The notes beneath the pieces are model-generated. The model was given only the letters and a program-made list of their open reading frames with translations, searched no databases and was not told the origin of the DNA. A stretch of 64,000 bases of DNA. Origin: Sediminicola arcticus. GTDB taxonomy: Bacteria > Bacteroidota > Bacteroidia > Flavobacteriales > Flavobacteriaceae. Where the stretch lies: the NCBI RefSeq assembly GCF_040566695.1, contig NZ_JBEXAE010000001.1, positions 282,636 to 346,635 on the forward strand, read 5' to 3'. A program made the translations under genes and the position numbers. Of the stretch, positions 39,577 to 53,440 are shown one piece after another (within the stretch, counting starts at the first letter, position 1; each line of letters begins with the position of its first letter).

Positions 39577-41385
39577 ATGAAAAAATTCCTTCCCCTTTTA
39601 TTCCTTATTTTATTTACTGGCCCCATTGGTGCCCAAACCAACACCTATAGTATTTCATTTGAAAATGCCGTCCACCACGAAGCTGAAATAAAGGCCTCCT
39701 TCCCAAACCTAAGCAAGGATACCATTGGGATTCTTATGAGCCGCAGTTCTCCAGGACGATATGCCCTTCATGAATTTGCCAAGAACGTGTACAATTTTAA
39801 AGCTAAGGATAGCAAAGGGAATTCCTTAACCATAACCCGTCCCAATCCATATCAATGGAACGTTTCAGGACATGACGGTACGATAAACATAAGCTATACT
39901 CTATTTGCGAATCGCGGAGACGGAACCTATTCACAGATCGATGAAACTCATGCACATCTGAATATTCCAGCAACTTTTATGTTTGTCCCGGAATTAATTG
40001 ATCGGAACATTACGGTAGACTTTAAGGTTAGGGAAGATTTAAATTGGAAGGTAGCCACCCAATTGGCCAAAGTATCTGGAAATATGTATTCCGCTCCCAA
40101 TTTGCACTATTTTATGGACAGCCCTACCGAAATTAGCAATTATAGTTTACGAGAATTTGAAGTGGGATCAAACAACAAGAAACAAACCGTTCAATTTGTC
40201 CTACACCACAACGGAACAGAGACAGAATTTGACATCTATTGGGAAAAGGTCAAAAAGATAGTTTTGGCTGAAAAAGACGTTTTCGGGGAGTTGGCAAATT
40301 ATGATTTTGGCACCTATACCTTCTTGGCCTGTTATGTCCCGAATGCCTCAGGTGATGGCATGGAGCACAGGAATTCAACCATATTAACCGATAGAGAAGG
40401 TTTGGCAGAAGGAGGGATGGAAGGAAATATTGGAACGGTATCCCACGAATATTTCCATTCTTGGAATGTGGAGCGAATACGTCCAAAAACTTTGGAACCT
40501 TTCAATTTTAGCGAAGCAAATATGAGCGGAGAATTATGGTTTGCAGAGGGTTTTACCAGTTATTACACCAATCTTATACTTTGTAGGGCGGGTATCATTA
40601 CACCAAACGAGTATGTAGAAGGATTATCCGGTACTTTTAATTATGTATGGAATTCTCCTGCTCGGCAATTTTTTAGTCCAATAGAAATGAGCTACCAAGC
40701 GCCATTTGTGGATGCTGCTACATCAGTTGATCCTGTGAATAGAGATAATACCTTTATATCCTATTATTCCTATGGTAGTGTTTTGGGCCTAGCTTTAGAT
40801 CTGTCCTTACGCCAAAAAAATCTTAATTTGGATGATTACATGAAATTGGTATGGGAAACCTATGGCAAAAACGAATCCCCTTATACAGTTGAAGATTTAC
40901 ATAAAAGCTTGAATACGTATGCAGGAACTGATTTTGGTGACAAATTCTTCATCAATTACATTTACAAAAGTGAAATGCCCGATTATGCCCCTCTTTTTAA
41001 ATTTGTGGGAGTAGATCTCAAGCAGGATGCCGCAAAACCTTTTTTTGGCGCTTCAGTTTCCATAAAAAATGATGGTACAGGGCTTATTGAAAGCAATACA
41101 ACAATTAGTGGACCAGCTTATATGGCCGGTTTGGAAAATGGCGACGTCATTACCTCAATAAATAACACCCCTTTTAAGAAAGAACAAAAATTTACTGATT
41201 TTATGAATCAGTTTAAAGTGGGCGATATGCTGCAGATAACTTTCAAAAGATTCGGTATTGAAAAATCCACGAGTTTAATTTTACAGTCAGACCACTCCTA
41301 CAGCATACACCTATTCGAAAAAGAAGGTATAAAACCATCAAAAGATGTATTGACAAAAAGAATGGGTTGGCTAAAAACTGAATAG
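39577..41385 (+). CDS. M61-family metallopeptidase (glycyl aminopeptidase-like) with a C-terminal PDZ domain
   Basis: Signal peptide, HEYFHSWN zinc motif and a PDZ domain (GDVITSINN). Confidence 0.8.
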   Translation: MKKFLPLLFLILFTGPIGAQTNTYSISFENAVHHEAEIKASFPNLSKDTIGILMSRSSPGRYALHEFAKNVYNFKAKDSKGNSLTITRPNPYQWNVSGHDGTINISYTLFANRGDGTYSQIDETHAHLNIPATFMFVPELIDRNITVDFKVREDLNWKVATQLAKVSGNMYSAPNLHYFMDSPTEISNYSLREFEVGSNNKKQTVQFVLHHNGTETEFDIYWEKVKKIVLAEKDVFGELANYDFGTYTFLACYVPNASGDGMEHRNSTILTDREGLAEGGMEGNIGTVSHEYFHSWNVERIRPKTLEPFNFSEANMSGELWFAEGFTSYYTNLILCRAGIITPNEYVEGLSGTFNYVWNSPARQFFSPIEMSYQAPFVDAATSVDPVNRDNTFISYYSYGSVLGLALDLSLRQKNLNLDDYMKLVWETYGKNESPYTVEDLHKSLNTYAGTDFGDKFFINYIYKSEMPDYAPLFKFVGVDLKQDAAKPFFGASVSIKNDGTGLIESNTTISGPAYMAGLENGDVITSINNTPFKKEQKFTDFMNQFKVGDMLQITFKRFGIEKSTSLILQSDHSYSIHLFEKEGIKPSKDVLTKRMGWLKTE

Positions 41386-41387
41386 CA

Positions 41388-41921
41388 ATGAGCATTAAGT
41401 ATTGCACGGTTACAAGCAAAGAAGAATTGGAGCAGATTCTTACCTTACAACAGGCCAATCTATGGACCAATGTTAACCTTGAGGAAAAAGAAAAGGATGG
41501 GTTCGTAACTGTTGAGCATAACTTTGATATCCTCCAGCAAATGAATAAGGTTTACCCACATATCATTGCCAAAGATGGAGCTAACGTTGTTGGTTATGCC
41601 CTTTGCATGCATCCTATGTTTGCAGATAAGATTGATATTTTAAAACCGATGTTCACAGAAATTGATGCTGTGGTTCCCAAAGACGAAAAATACATGGCCA
41701 TGGGGCAGATCTGTGTGGGCAAAAACTATAGGAACCAAGGGATTTTTAGGGGATTATACAACACCATGAAACAACATGTGCAACCAGATTTTGACAGTAT
41801 AATAACGGAGGTCGATGCCAAAAACACACGTTCCCTTCTAGCTCATTACGCAGTTGGTTTCAAAGAATTAAAAACCTATTTTTCAGACGGTAGGGATTGG
41901 ATTTTAATCAGTTTAAAATAG
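41388..41921 (+). CDS. GNAT-like acetyltransferase
   Basis: R/Q-x-x-G-x-G/A-like motif RNQGIFRGL; 177 aa. Confidence 0.5.
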   Translation: MSIKYCTVTSKEELEQILTLQQANLWTNVNLEEKEKDGFVTVEHNFDILQQMNKVYPHIIAKDGANVVGYALCMHPMFADKIDILKPMFTEIDAVVPKDEKYMAMGQICVGKNYRNQGIFRGLYNTMKQHVQPDFDSIITEVDAKNTRSLLAHYAVGFKELKTYFSDGRDWILISLK

Positions 41922-41929
41922 TTGTAATT

Positions 41930-41962
41930 AAAAAAGCCAAACTATAAAGTTTGGCTTTTTTA
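41930..41962. terminator. Bidirectional terminator between the GNAT gene and atpC
   Basis: AAGCCAAACT ataa AGTTTGGCTT flanked by A6 and T6 runs. Confidence 0.55.
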
Positions 41963-41981
41963 ATACAGTAAGTATGTCTGG

Positions 41982-42263
41982 TTAATCAGCCAACACTATA
42001 ATTTTATTATCTCTCATTTCAATAGTACCGCTGGCAATGGCTAATACAGTTTCGCCGTCCGCACCTTTTGAAAATTTATCTCTATTCAATTTTTCCACCA
42101 CCACATTAGTGCCCTTAAATTTCACATTGCCTTCCTGTAGTAAGGAAACAACGGCAGCATGGTTTTCCAAAAGTTGGAATTCACCGTTTACCCCAGGAAC
42201 AGTAACCGAGGTAACTTCTCCCGCAAATAATGTAGCTTCTGGTGATACAATTTCTAAGTACAT
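41982..42263 (-). CDS. atpC: F0F1 ATP synthase subunit epsilon
   Basis: Short Bacteroidota-type epsilon (93 aa) directly downstream of atpD. Confidence 0.85.
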   Translation of the reverse strand: MYLEIVSPEATLFAGEVTSVTVPGVNGEFQLLENHAAVVSLLQEGNVKFKGTNVVVEKLNRDKFSKGADGETVLAIASGTIEMRDNKIIVLAD

Positions 42264-42343
42264 ATTGTTTAGTTGTTGGTTGCTAGTCTAGGTTAAACGC
42301 TTTTAGTTTGCCTAAAGCCCATCAACAGTCGACTATCAACTAT

Positions 42344-43855
<1,512 letters not shown>

Positions 43856-43988
43856 CTATCTGTTTATAAATACCTGCGAAAAGTTGTCAACTTTCAATAA
43901 ACTGACAAATCTTCCAACTTGTTTTTCAGGCTGCAAAGATATGTTTTTCCATTTTAAATTGAAATTGTTTTTTTAATTTTTATGCGTA

Positions 43989-44017
43989 CAAAAAAAGCGC
44001 CCATTTCTGGGCGCTTT
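43989..44017 (-). terminator. Rho-independent terminator after the SGNH lipoprotein gene
   Basis: Minus-strand AGCGCCCA gaaa UGGGCGCU followed by U7. Confidence 0.55.
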
Positions 44018-44038
44018 GAATATTTTGAATTTGAAATA

Positions 44039-45676
44039 TTATCGAAGACCTGGAGAGTAGTTGGTTGGATATGCTCCCGGATCAACTAACGAACCTGAGG
44101 CTTCAAAATTAGAACCATAGGTAGCATCAATCGCCTTCATAAACTCGTTTACCAATAATGTATACCCCCTAGCTGTAGGATGCACACCGTCTAAAGAAAA
44201 TGCCCCACCAGTGACCAAGTTTTCGGTAAATGTAAATTTACCACTAGTAATCCCCCTTGTAGCCAAGCGATTTAAAATCTCATTGGCATCTACAAATGCT
44301 AAACCTGCTTGGTTTGCAGTGGCAGCTATTGTAGCGTTAAATGTACTAGTTGCGCTTGCTATTGCTGCTTGCTCAATAGGCAATAACACCCATTTATCTG
44401 CCAAGGGCAGTGACACCCCTTCAACTGAAAATTGTCCAGCTAAAGCAGCCGACAAACCTTGAGACATTAAAAATTCAACCGAACTTGCATTAACTGTTCC
44501 AATAATAGAAGAACTAGGCAGAACGAATAAATCACCAGCGGTTGCTTGTCTTGCCTGTCCGTAGATAACTCCAAATAGATTTGCAACTAAAGGCGCTGCT
44601 TGTGCCGGCAAACCAAATGATTGTACGAAAGCAGGAAAAGTTGGACTTCCATTTAAAACATCTCTAATTTGAGTTGATAAATTTACTAGAGATTCGTCTT
44701 TAACCACAACTGCACTAGCTGCTGTTTGAGAAAAGACAATGCTACGTTCCGGAACTTGTAAAAAAGCAAACACCTGATTCAACTGCCCAAAAACACCATT
44801 TAAAGTGGGAATAAGCGGTCCGAAAGAAGGATTTAAGGGGCTTAAAGGATTGTAAGGAACCGTAGTAAAATGAGGTATGCTAGTAACATTAGGAATATTT
44901 GCCACAACACCCTGTGCGCCGCCAGCAGTTAGTGAGGCCACTAATGCTGCATACGTTTGATTAAAGCCAACTCCCGGAGGTCCGTCGACCGGAGTAATTG
45001 GATCTGAACCATCTCCTCCAGAAAGAGCGTATCCTAAAACATCATTATTGCCGATCCAAAGAGAAAAGAATGTTGGTGCTTGTGCCATAGCATCTGCGAT
45101 AACACTGGCATTTGGAGTAGATGCCATCCTTACAAAATAAGGATTGGCTTGCCGTGGGTTCAATGATAAGCCTGCAATATTTCCATATCCCGGTGCCAAT
45201 AGATGATAACTTTTGGCGCCTGGCACTCCCATATTATTAAAGGGCCCAGTTGGATTATTAATAGCCAAATCTGTGGTAATGGTTACTGGACCAATAAGAG
45301 ACTCTAACGATACCGGACCAGCACCACCAAAGACCAAGCGAGGTTGCAAAATTCTACTACCTTGAAGAGCAATACCTCCAAAATTATCATTCATCAAGGG
45401 TTGGGTAAACGTACCTCCACCTACCAAAGCAAATTTTTGTGATAATAAATTGGGAAGTGAATTTTGTTGGGATGCAATAAACAGCGCATTATCTGTAAAA
45501 CCCGCTGTTAACGAATTCCCTAACGCAACATAATTTGAGAAATTAGCAGATCCTGCGATAAGAGCGGGTCGTTCAGCTGCAGCTTCTACAGGGTTAATAT
45601 CAACATCTTCAATATCATTACATGAAACCAAAAAGGTTGCTGCCGATGCTAATAATATGTATTTTATATTTTTCAT
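44039..45676 (-). CDS. SGNH/GDSL-hydrolase family lipoprotein (Asn variant of block I)
   Basis: Lipobox LVSC. Block I GNSLTAG, block III IGNNDV and block V DGVHPT are all present. 545 aa with large G/A/S-rich insertions. Confidence 0.65.
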   Translation of the reverse strand: MKNIKYILLASAATFLVSCNDIEDVDINPVEAAAERPALIAGSANFSNYVALGNSLTAGFTDNALFIASQQNSLPNLLSQKFALVGGGTFTQPLMNDNFGGIALQGSRILQPRLVFGGAGPVSLESLIGPVTITTDLAINNPTGPFNNMGVPGAKSYHLLAPGYGNIAGLSLNPRQANPYFVRMASTPNASVIADAMAQAPTFFSLWIGNNDVLGYALSGGDGSDPITPVDGPPGVGFNQTYAALVASLTAGGAQGVVANIPNVTSIPHFTTVPYNPLSPLNPSFGPLIPTLNGVFGQLNQVFAFLQVPERSIVFSQTAASAVVVKDESLVNLSTQIRDVLNGSPTFPAFVQSFGLPAQAAPLVANLFGVIYGQARQATAGDLFVLPSSSIIGTVNASSVEFLMSQGLSAALAGQFSVEGVSLPLADKWVLLPIEQAAIASATSTFNATIAATANQAGLAFVDANEILNRLATRGITSGKFTFTENLVTGGAFSLDGVHPTARGYTLLVNEFMKAIDATYGSNFEASGSLVDPGAYPTNYSPGLR

Positions 45677-45686
45677 TGTATGTTTC

Positions 45687-48491
45687 TTATAAGTTATTTA
45701 TTGTCCATGATACGTAATACATAGATCCTATAAATCCTGTTCCAACAGCTGTAAAATACTCATCACCTAAAATGTTTGTACCCCCTACTTTAAATATTGA
45801 TTTTAAACTTGGAACGGTATAATTGATTTGCGCATCAACGTTATGGAATTGAGGCACTACTCCTTGAGCAAATGTTGCCTCCCAAAAATAATCATCACTA
45901 AACCTGTAAGAAACATTAAAGCCAAAATTCTTAAACAATTCTGCATTTCCGAAAGAAGCTTTGAATTTATGCTCAGGAGTATTAAAGTTCAGCTGTAAAT
46001 CAGGATTTGCCTCTCTATCAAAATCTAGTTTTGTATAGGTATAATTACCCTCTAAATCATAATTCCCAAGTACTTTTATGCTCAATCCCAAAGACGCACC
46101 ATATGAATTTACGTCAGCATCAGAATTTGTATAGGTGCTATAGGGTTGAAAATCACCGTTTGCAATAGCCGCTACAGAAAATGATCCGTCACCAACCGTT
46201 CCGTAATAAGGGGCAATTACCACTTCTTGAGAAATGAAGTCCTTATAACTATTATAGTAAGTGCTAAAATCAACTACCAATCTCTTTATTTTTCCTCTGT
46301 AACCTACTTCAAATGAAGCTACTTGTTCTGGTTTTACTATATCTGGGTTTGCTATTTCTAAGTCAGCAGGGTTTCCGGTTTCACCCAATCTATTTACTGA
46401 ACTTAAAGAATAAGAATTTTCGTAAGCTGCTCTACCTGTTTGCGTAATAGTTCCTGGTTGCCCTAAAAGTTGACCTCCAGCACTTGTTTGGAAATCTCTA
46501 GTATACCTATCTAAGTTATCTGGAGATGAACCTACCAAAATAGCTCTCCCTGCATCTAACCCAATAAAAAGATCTTGAGTGGTAGGGTTTCTAAACCCTG
46601 TTTGAGCGGATGCCCTTATATTATGATTTCTATTTAATGTAAAACCAGCTGATATTCTTGGAGAGAAGAAACCATCAAAAAATTCAGATTTATCATAACG
46701 GACAGATCCAGTCAATTTTAAACTTTTCTCACCAGCCAATGGCAGTTCCTTTTGAACCTGTGAATAAATCCCAAATTCTGAATAATTAATAGGTCCGTCA
46801 GCATCGGTGTAAATAGTACCTGATGAATTTAATTCGTATTCCCTAAAGGAACCACCAACTTGAATATCTGCAAAATCGATTAAGTGACTAAAATTATAAT
46901 TAGCGTCTGCGTGGTAATATTTAGAAGCATCTTGAAATTTAGACCCAGTAGTTAAATCCGGATTGTTGATGCTTCTATTAAAGGCTGCTTCAAACTCAGG
47001 AGTTCCTGGAAGAAAACGTCCAGATTCTGCTTGTGCCCTCGCCGCCGCATGAGCAGATTCATCAGTAGCTCCAGCTAGAGTCGCTTGAAGGTAAGCACCA
47101 GTATATTGGCCAAACCAAGTAGAATCGTCTTTCCATGCTCTGTTGACATTAATTCCCGTAAAAACCATATCATAGGAGTCACCAGATTTATCCCCAACTA
47201 AATAGCCACGAACAAAGAAATTATCATTTCTAATCTCTAGTTTGTGCTGCTCTTGAAAGAAACCATTAATATTATATCTGTTAGTACCCTGATAAATAGT
47301 ATTACCAGTACCCACTTTACCTACATAGGATATTTCTAAACTATTATCTTCAATAGGTCTATAATATAAACCCCAATCTGCTTTAATGCTTTCTGCGTTA
47401 TAATTGGTAAGGTCACCTTCATTATATCCAGTTCTACTCACCTCTACTGATGGAATTAAAGCATTCGCACCTGCAGGAATAAGACCTAGACTTTCTAGCC
47501 TTAGTGCCACATCTTTAATATCTACCGCATAATCATCACCATACACATTGACACCATCATAGTTTAAATCATTAGCTCGGGTTCTCCCGGTAGTTATAAA
47601 ATTATTTTCATCTTTTCCTTCTGTATTATTTGCTGCCCAATCGGTTCCCTTTAAATACCCAAAGTTCACTTTAGCCGCGAACTTATCTGAAAATTTGTGT
47701 GCTGCTCTTATACCGAAATCGGTATACGCGTTATCCCCTGCAGCTTTTTGTGAAGTTATACCTCTTTTTATAGACACACTAATCCCTTCATAATCAAAAG
47801 GACTTTTGCTACGCATAAAAAGTATACCGTTAAAGGCATTCGCCCCGTATAGTGCAGAAGACGCTCCAGGAAGTAATTCCACGCTTTGAACGTCTGTTTC
47901 CACCATACCAACGAGATTACCAATAGGGAAGTTTAAAGCTGGTGCGGAGTTATCCATACCGTCTACCAATTGCATAAAACGGGTATTGGCAAATGAAGCA
48001 AAACCTCTTGTATTCACTGATTTAAAAGTTAAACTGTTGGTGTTTACATCAACTCCTTTTAAGTTTTCCAACCCACCATAGAAATCTGCGGCCGTCGTAC
48101 TTTTTATGTCTTCAAGCCCAAAACGTTCCACGGTAACAGGGGATTCAAAAATACGTTCCGGGGTTCTAGAGGCCGAAATGACCACCTCATCCAACATGGT
48201 CTGCTCTTCATTTAGAGTTACAGCAACAGTTTGATTGTTTTGGGTAATTCTTGATGTTACAGAAACGAATCCAATACTGGTAATGCTCAGTGTAAAGGGT
48301 GGATTTTCAGTAGTGCTTAAGGTAAAAAGGCCATCAAAATCACTTACCGTACCAATTGCCTTGCCTTGTATTACAATACTTGCACCAGGTATTGGTTCAT
48401 TATTTTGATCTACAACTTTACCTTTAACGGTTGTTTGGGCGAACGAAGTCAGTCCCAACAACAAAAAGGACATAAGTACAAATGTTCTCAT
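45687..48491 (-). CDS. TonB-dependent receptor with an N-terminal carboxypeptidase-regulatory-like domain (SusC-like architecture)
   Basis: Start taken at ATG (MRTFVLMSF…, signal peptide) rather than the upstream TTG. TVKGKVVD…PGASI CarbopepD_reg domain, then plug and barrel. 934 aa from this start. Confidence 0.85.
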   Translation of the reverse strand: MRTFVLMSFLLLGLTSFAQTTVKGKVVDQNNEPIPGASIVIQGKAIGTVSDFDGLFTLSTTENPPFTLSITSIGFVSVTSRITQNNQTVAVTLNEEQTMLDEVVISASRTPERIFESPVTVERFGLEDIKSTTAADFYGGLENLKGVDVNTNSLTFKSVNTRGFASFANTRFMQLVDGMDNSAPALNFPIGNLVGMVETDVQSVELLPGASSALYGANAFNGILFMRSKSPFDYEGISVSIKRGITSQKAAGDNAYTDFGIRAAHKFSDKFAAKVNFGYLKGTDWAANNTEGKDENNFITTGRTRANDLNYDGVNVYGDDYAVDIKDVALRLESLGLIPAGANALIPSVEVSRTGYNEGDLTNYNAESIKADWGLYYRPIEDNSLEISYVGKVGTGNTIYQGTNRYNINGFFQEQHKLEIRNDNFFVRGYLVGDKSGDSYDMVFTGINVNRAWKDDSTWFGQYTGAYLQATLAGATDESAHAAARAQAESGRFLPGTPEFEAAFNRSINNPDLTTGSKFQDASKYYHADANYNFSHLIDFADIQVGGSFREYELNSSGTIYTDADGPINYSEFGIYSQVQKELPLAGEKSLKLTGSVRYDKSEFFDGFFSPRISAGFTLNRNHNIRASAQTGFRNPTTQDLFIGLDAGRAILVGSSPDNLDRYTRDFQTSAGGQLLGQPGTITQTGRAAYENSYSLSSVNRLGETGNPADLEIANPDIVKPEQVASFEVGYRGKIKRLVVDFSTYYNSYKDFISQEVVIAPYYGTVGDGSFSVAAIANGDFQPYSTYTNSDADVNSYGASLGLSIKVLGNYDLEGNYTYTKLDFDREANPDLQLNFNTPEHKFKASFGNAELFKNFGFNVSYRFSDDYFWEATFAQGVVPQFHNVDAQINYTVPSLKSIFKVGGTNILGDEYFTAVGTGFIGSMYYVSWTINNL

Positions 48492-48623
48492 TCTAAATTT
48501 GAGTTTAGTTAATTTAATAGGCAATATATATATATTTTTGATTCGGTGTTAAGAAATCCAGAAAAATTATGCATGCATAGTATTAATTTAACAATACACC
48601 ACCTCCAAAACTATTGTATTCTC

Positions 48624-48699
48624 AAAATAAAGTTAAAAAGATCCCTTAATTACTATCTTGTTTAAGATGGTAATTAAGGGATCTTTTTAACTTTATTTT
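48624..48699. repeat. 76-nt near-perfect inverted repeat (36-bp stem, 4-nt loop) between glmS and the TonB-dependent receptor
   Basis: The left arm is AAAATAAAGTTAAAAAGATCCCTTAATTAC-t-ATCTT, the loop is gttt, and the right arm is AAGAT-g-GTAATTAAGGGATCTTTTTAACTTTATTTT. There is a single T·G position and T-rich flanks on both strands. It begins 9 nt past the glmS stop. Confidence 0.7.
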
Positions 48700-48707
48700 G
48701 TTGTGAA

Positions 48708-50555
48708 TTACTCCACCGTAACGGATTTAGCCAAATTACGAGGTTGATCCACATTACATCCTCTCATTACCGCTATATGATATGACAATAGCTGCAAAGG
48801 TATTGTTGTCAATAATGGTGTAAGGCTTTCTAAAGTGTCAGGCACTTCAATTATGTAATCTGCCAGATCTCTAACCGTCTCATCGCCTTCTGTTACCACA
48901 GCAATGATTTTACCTTTTCTGGATTTAATTTCCTGTATGTTACTCACCACCTTATCGTAATGACCTCTATTGGTAGCAATAACCACTACAGGCATATGCT
49001 CGTCAATAAGGGCTATAGGCCCATGCTTCATTTCTGCAGCGGGATACCCCTCTGCGTGTATATAGCTAATTTCTTTAAGTTTTAAGGCTCCTTCAAGCGC
49101 AACTGGGAAATTGTAACCACGACCCAAATACAAACAATTGGTTGAGTCTTTATATACCTCAGCAATTTTTTCAACCACTGTATTGGATTGTAAAGCCCTT
49201 TCCACTTTTGCTGGAATGTTCTCCAATTCTGCTAAATACTCATGGAATTTAGTTTCAGAGAATACCCCTTTTTCCTTCGCCAATTTTAAGGCTAACAGCG
49301 TAAGTACTGTGATTTGGGTTGTGAATGCCTTAGTAGAGGCTACCCCTATTTCAGGACCGGCATGTGTATAAGCACCAGCATTGGTTTCCCTTGCTATGGA
49401 AGACCCAACAACATTACAAACCCCAAAAACAAACGCTCCCTTTTCTTTTGCTAATTTAATTGCCGCAAGGGTATCTGCTGTCTCCCCTGATTGGGAAATA
49501 GCGATCAACACATCCTTGTCGGTTATAACCGGATTCCTATATCGGAATTCGGAGGCGTATTCTACCTCCACTGGAATTCTTGCCAAATCCTCAAAAATAT
49601 ATTCCGCAACAAGACCTGCATGCCATGAGGTACCACAGGCTACGATGATGATACGATTGGCATTGAGGAATTTTTCTATATTTTGATCAATCCCCGCCAT
49701 TTTAATAATCCCTTGGCTGGCTAGCAACCTACCGCGATAGGTATCTAGGATTGCCCTAGGTTGTTCGTAAATTTCTTTTAACATAAAATGATCATACCCA
49801 CCCTTTTCAATCTCCTCAATATTTAATTGAAGCTCTAGAATTTTTGGATAGGCCACAGCATCATTCTTAATTTTTCTTAATTTAATTTCTTTGCCCAACC
49901 TAATAATTGCCATTTCTTCATCTTCAAGATAAATAGCATTATTAGTAAACTCAATAAAGGGAGAGGCATCCGAAGCAATAAAAAACTCATTGTCTCCAAC
50001 TCCAATAGCAAGCGGACTACCTAATTTTGCCACAACGATCTCGTCAGGCTTGTTTTTATCAAATACAGCAATGGCATAAGCACCCACCACCTGATTTAAA
50101 GCAATCTGCACTGCCTTTCCAAGCTTAACGTTTTCTTGCTTTTTAACTTCTTCAATAAGGTTGATCAATACTTCCGTATCCGTTTCTGAACTAAAAGTGT
50201 ATCCCCTTTTTATCAACTCCTTTTTTATAGAATCGTAATTTTCAATAATTCCATTGTGGATGATTACCAAGTTACCAGAGTTAGAATAATGTGGATGAGA
50301 ATTTACATCATTTGGAACACCATGGGTGGCCCATCTAGTATGGCCTATTCCTAATGATCCTTTCAAGGAAATTTCTGATTCGGCCCTATTTTTTAAATCT
50401 TCAACCTTTCCTTTTGTTTTGCATAAGTTTATATCTGTGCCATCATAAAGTGCTACTCCAGCACTATCATATCCTCTATACTCAAGACGCTGTAACCCTT
50501 TTATTATGATGGGATAAGCATCCCTATGTCCTATATAACCTACTATTCCACACAT
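48708..50555 (-). CDS. glmS: Glutamine--fructose-6-phosphate aminotransferase
   Basis: MCGIVGY N-terminal nucleophile, two SIS domains and a C-terminal …VTVE; 615 aa. Confidence 0.97.
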   Translation of the reverse strand: MCGIVGYIGHRDAYPIIIKGLQRLEYRGYDSAGVALYDGTDINLCKTKGKVEDLKNRAESEISLKGSLGIGHTRWATHGVPNDVNSHPHYSNSGNLVIIHNGIIENYDSIKKELIKRGYTFSSETDTEVLINLIEEVKKQENVKLGKAVQIALNQVVGAYAIAVFDKNKPDEIVVAKLGSPLAIGVGDNEFFIASDASPFIEFTNNAIYLEDEEMAIIRLGKEIKLRKIKNDAVAYPKILELQLNIEEIEKGGYDHFMLKEIYEQPRAILDTYRGRLLASQGIIKMAGIDQNIEKFLNANRIIIVACGTSWHAGLVAEYIFEDLARIPVEVEYASEFRYRNPVITDKDVLIAISQSGETADTLAAIKLAKEKGAFVFGVCNVVGSSIARETNAGAYTHAGPEIGVASTKAFTTQITVLTLLALKLAKEKGVFSETKFHEYLAELENIPAKVERALQSNTVVEKIAEVYKDSTNCLYLGRGYNFPVALEGALKLKEISYIHAEGYPAAEMKHGPIALIDEHMPVVVIATNRGHYDKVVSNIQEIKSRKGKIIAVVTEGDETVRDLADYIIEVPDTLESLTPLLTTIPLQLLSYHIAVMRGCNVDQPRNLAKSVTVE

Positions 50556-50657
50556 GATTTTTCTATTTGGAGTGTAAATTTACGTTTGATACTGTAAACT
50601 CTAACAAGATTCAGTTGTAAAACGTATTATTCCTTTAAATGGTCTATAACAACCCTT

Positions 50658-53338
<2,681 letters not shown>

Positions 53339-53440
53339 AAAAGCAATATTTTATTTATCGTGTAAGCCTAACTGCAAAATTACAAAAATTATGCAGATTA
53401 GCTGTAATTATATAAGTTTGCTAGCTTTTAAACTTAAACC

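Noticed and set aside
39516-39644. 43-codon N-terminal extension of the bioF ORF
   Set aside because: The extension is low-complexity (MLVWAPMGPVNKIRNK…) and not AOS-like. The conserved N-terminus begins at the internal MDHFPKKLRDKL, and the extension would run toward the divergent M61 gene promoter.
48492-48524. TTG start (MPIKLTKLKFR…) for the SusC-like receptor
   Set aside because: The downstream ATG gives a canonical signal peptide (MRTFVLMSFLLLGLTSFAQ). The TTG extension merely reads through the A/T-rich promoter region.
50556-50657. glmS ribozyme upstream of glmS
   Set aside because: The leader is only ~100 nt and lacks the glmS ribozyme core. The ribozyme is characteristic of Firmicutes, not Bacteroidota.
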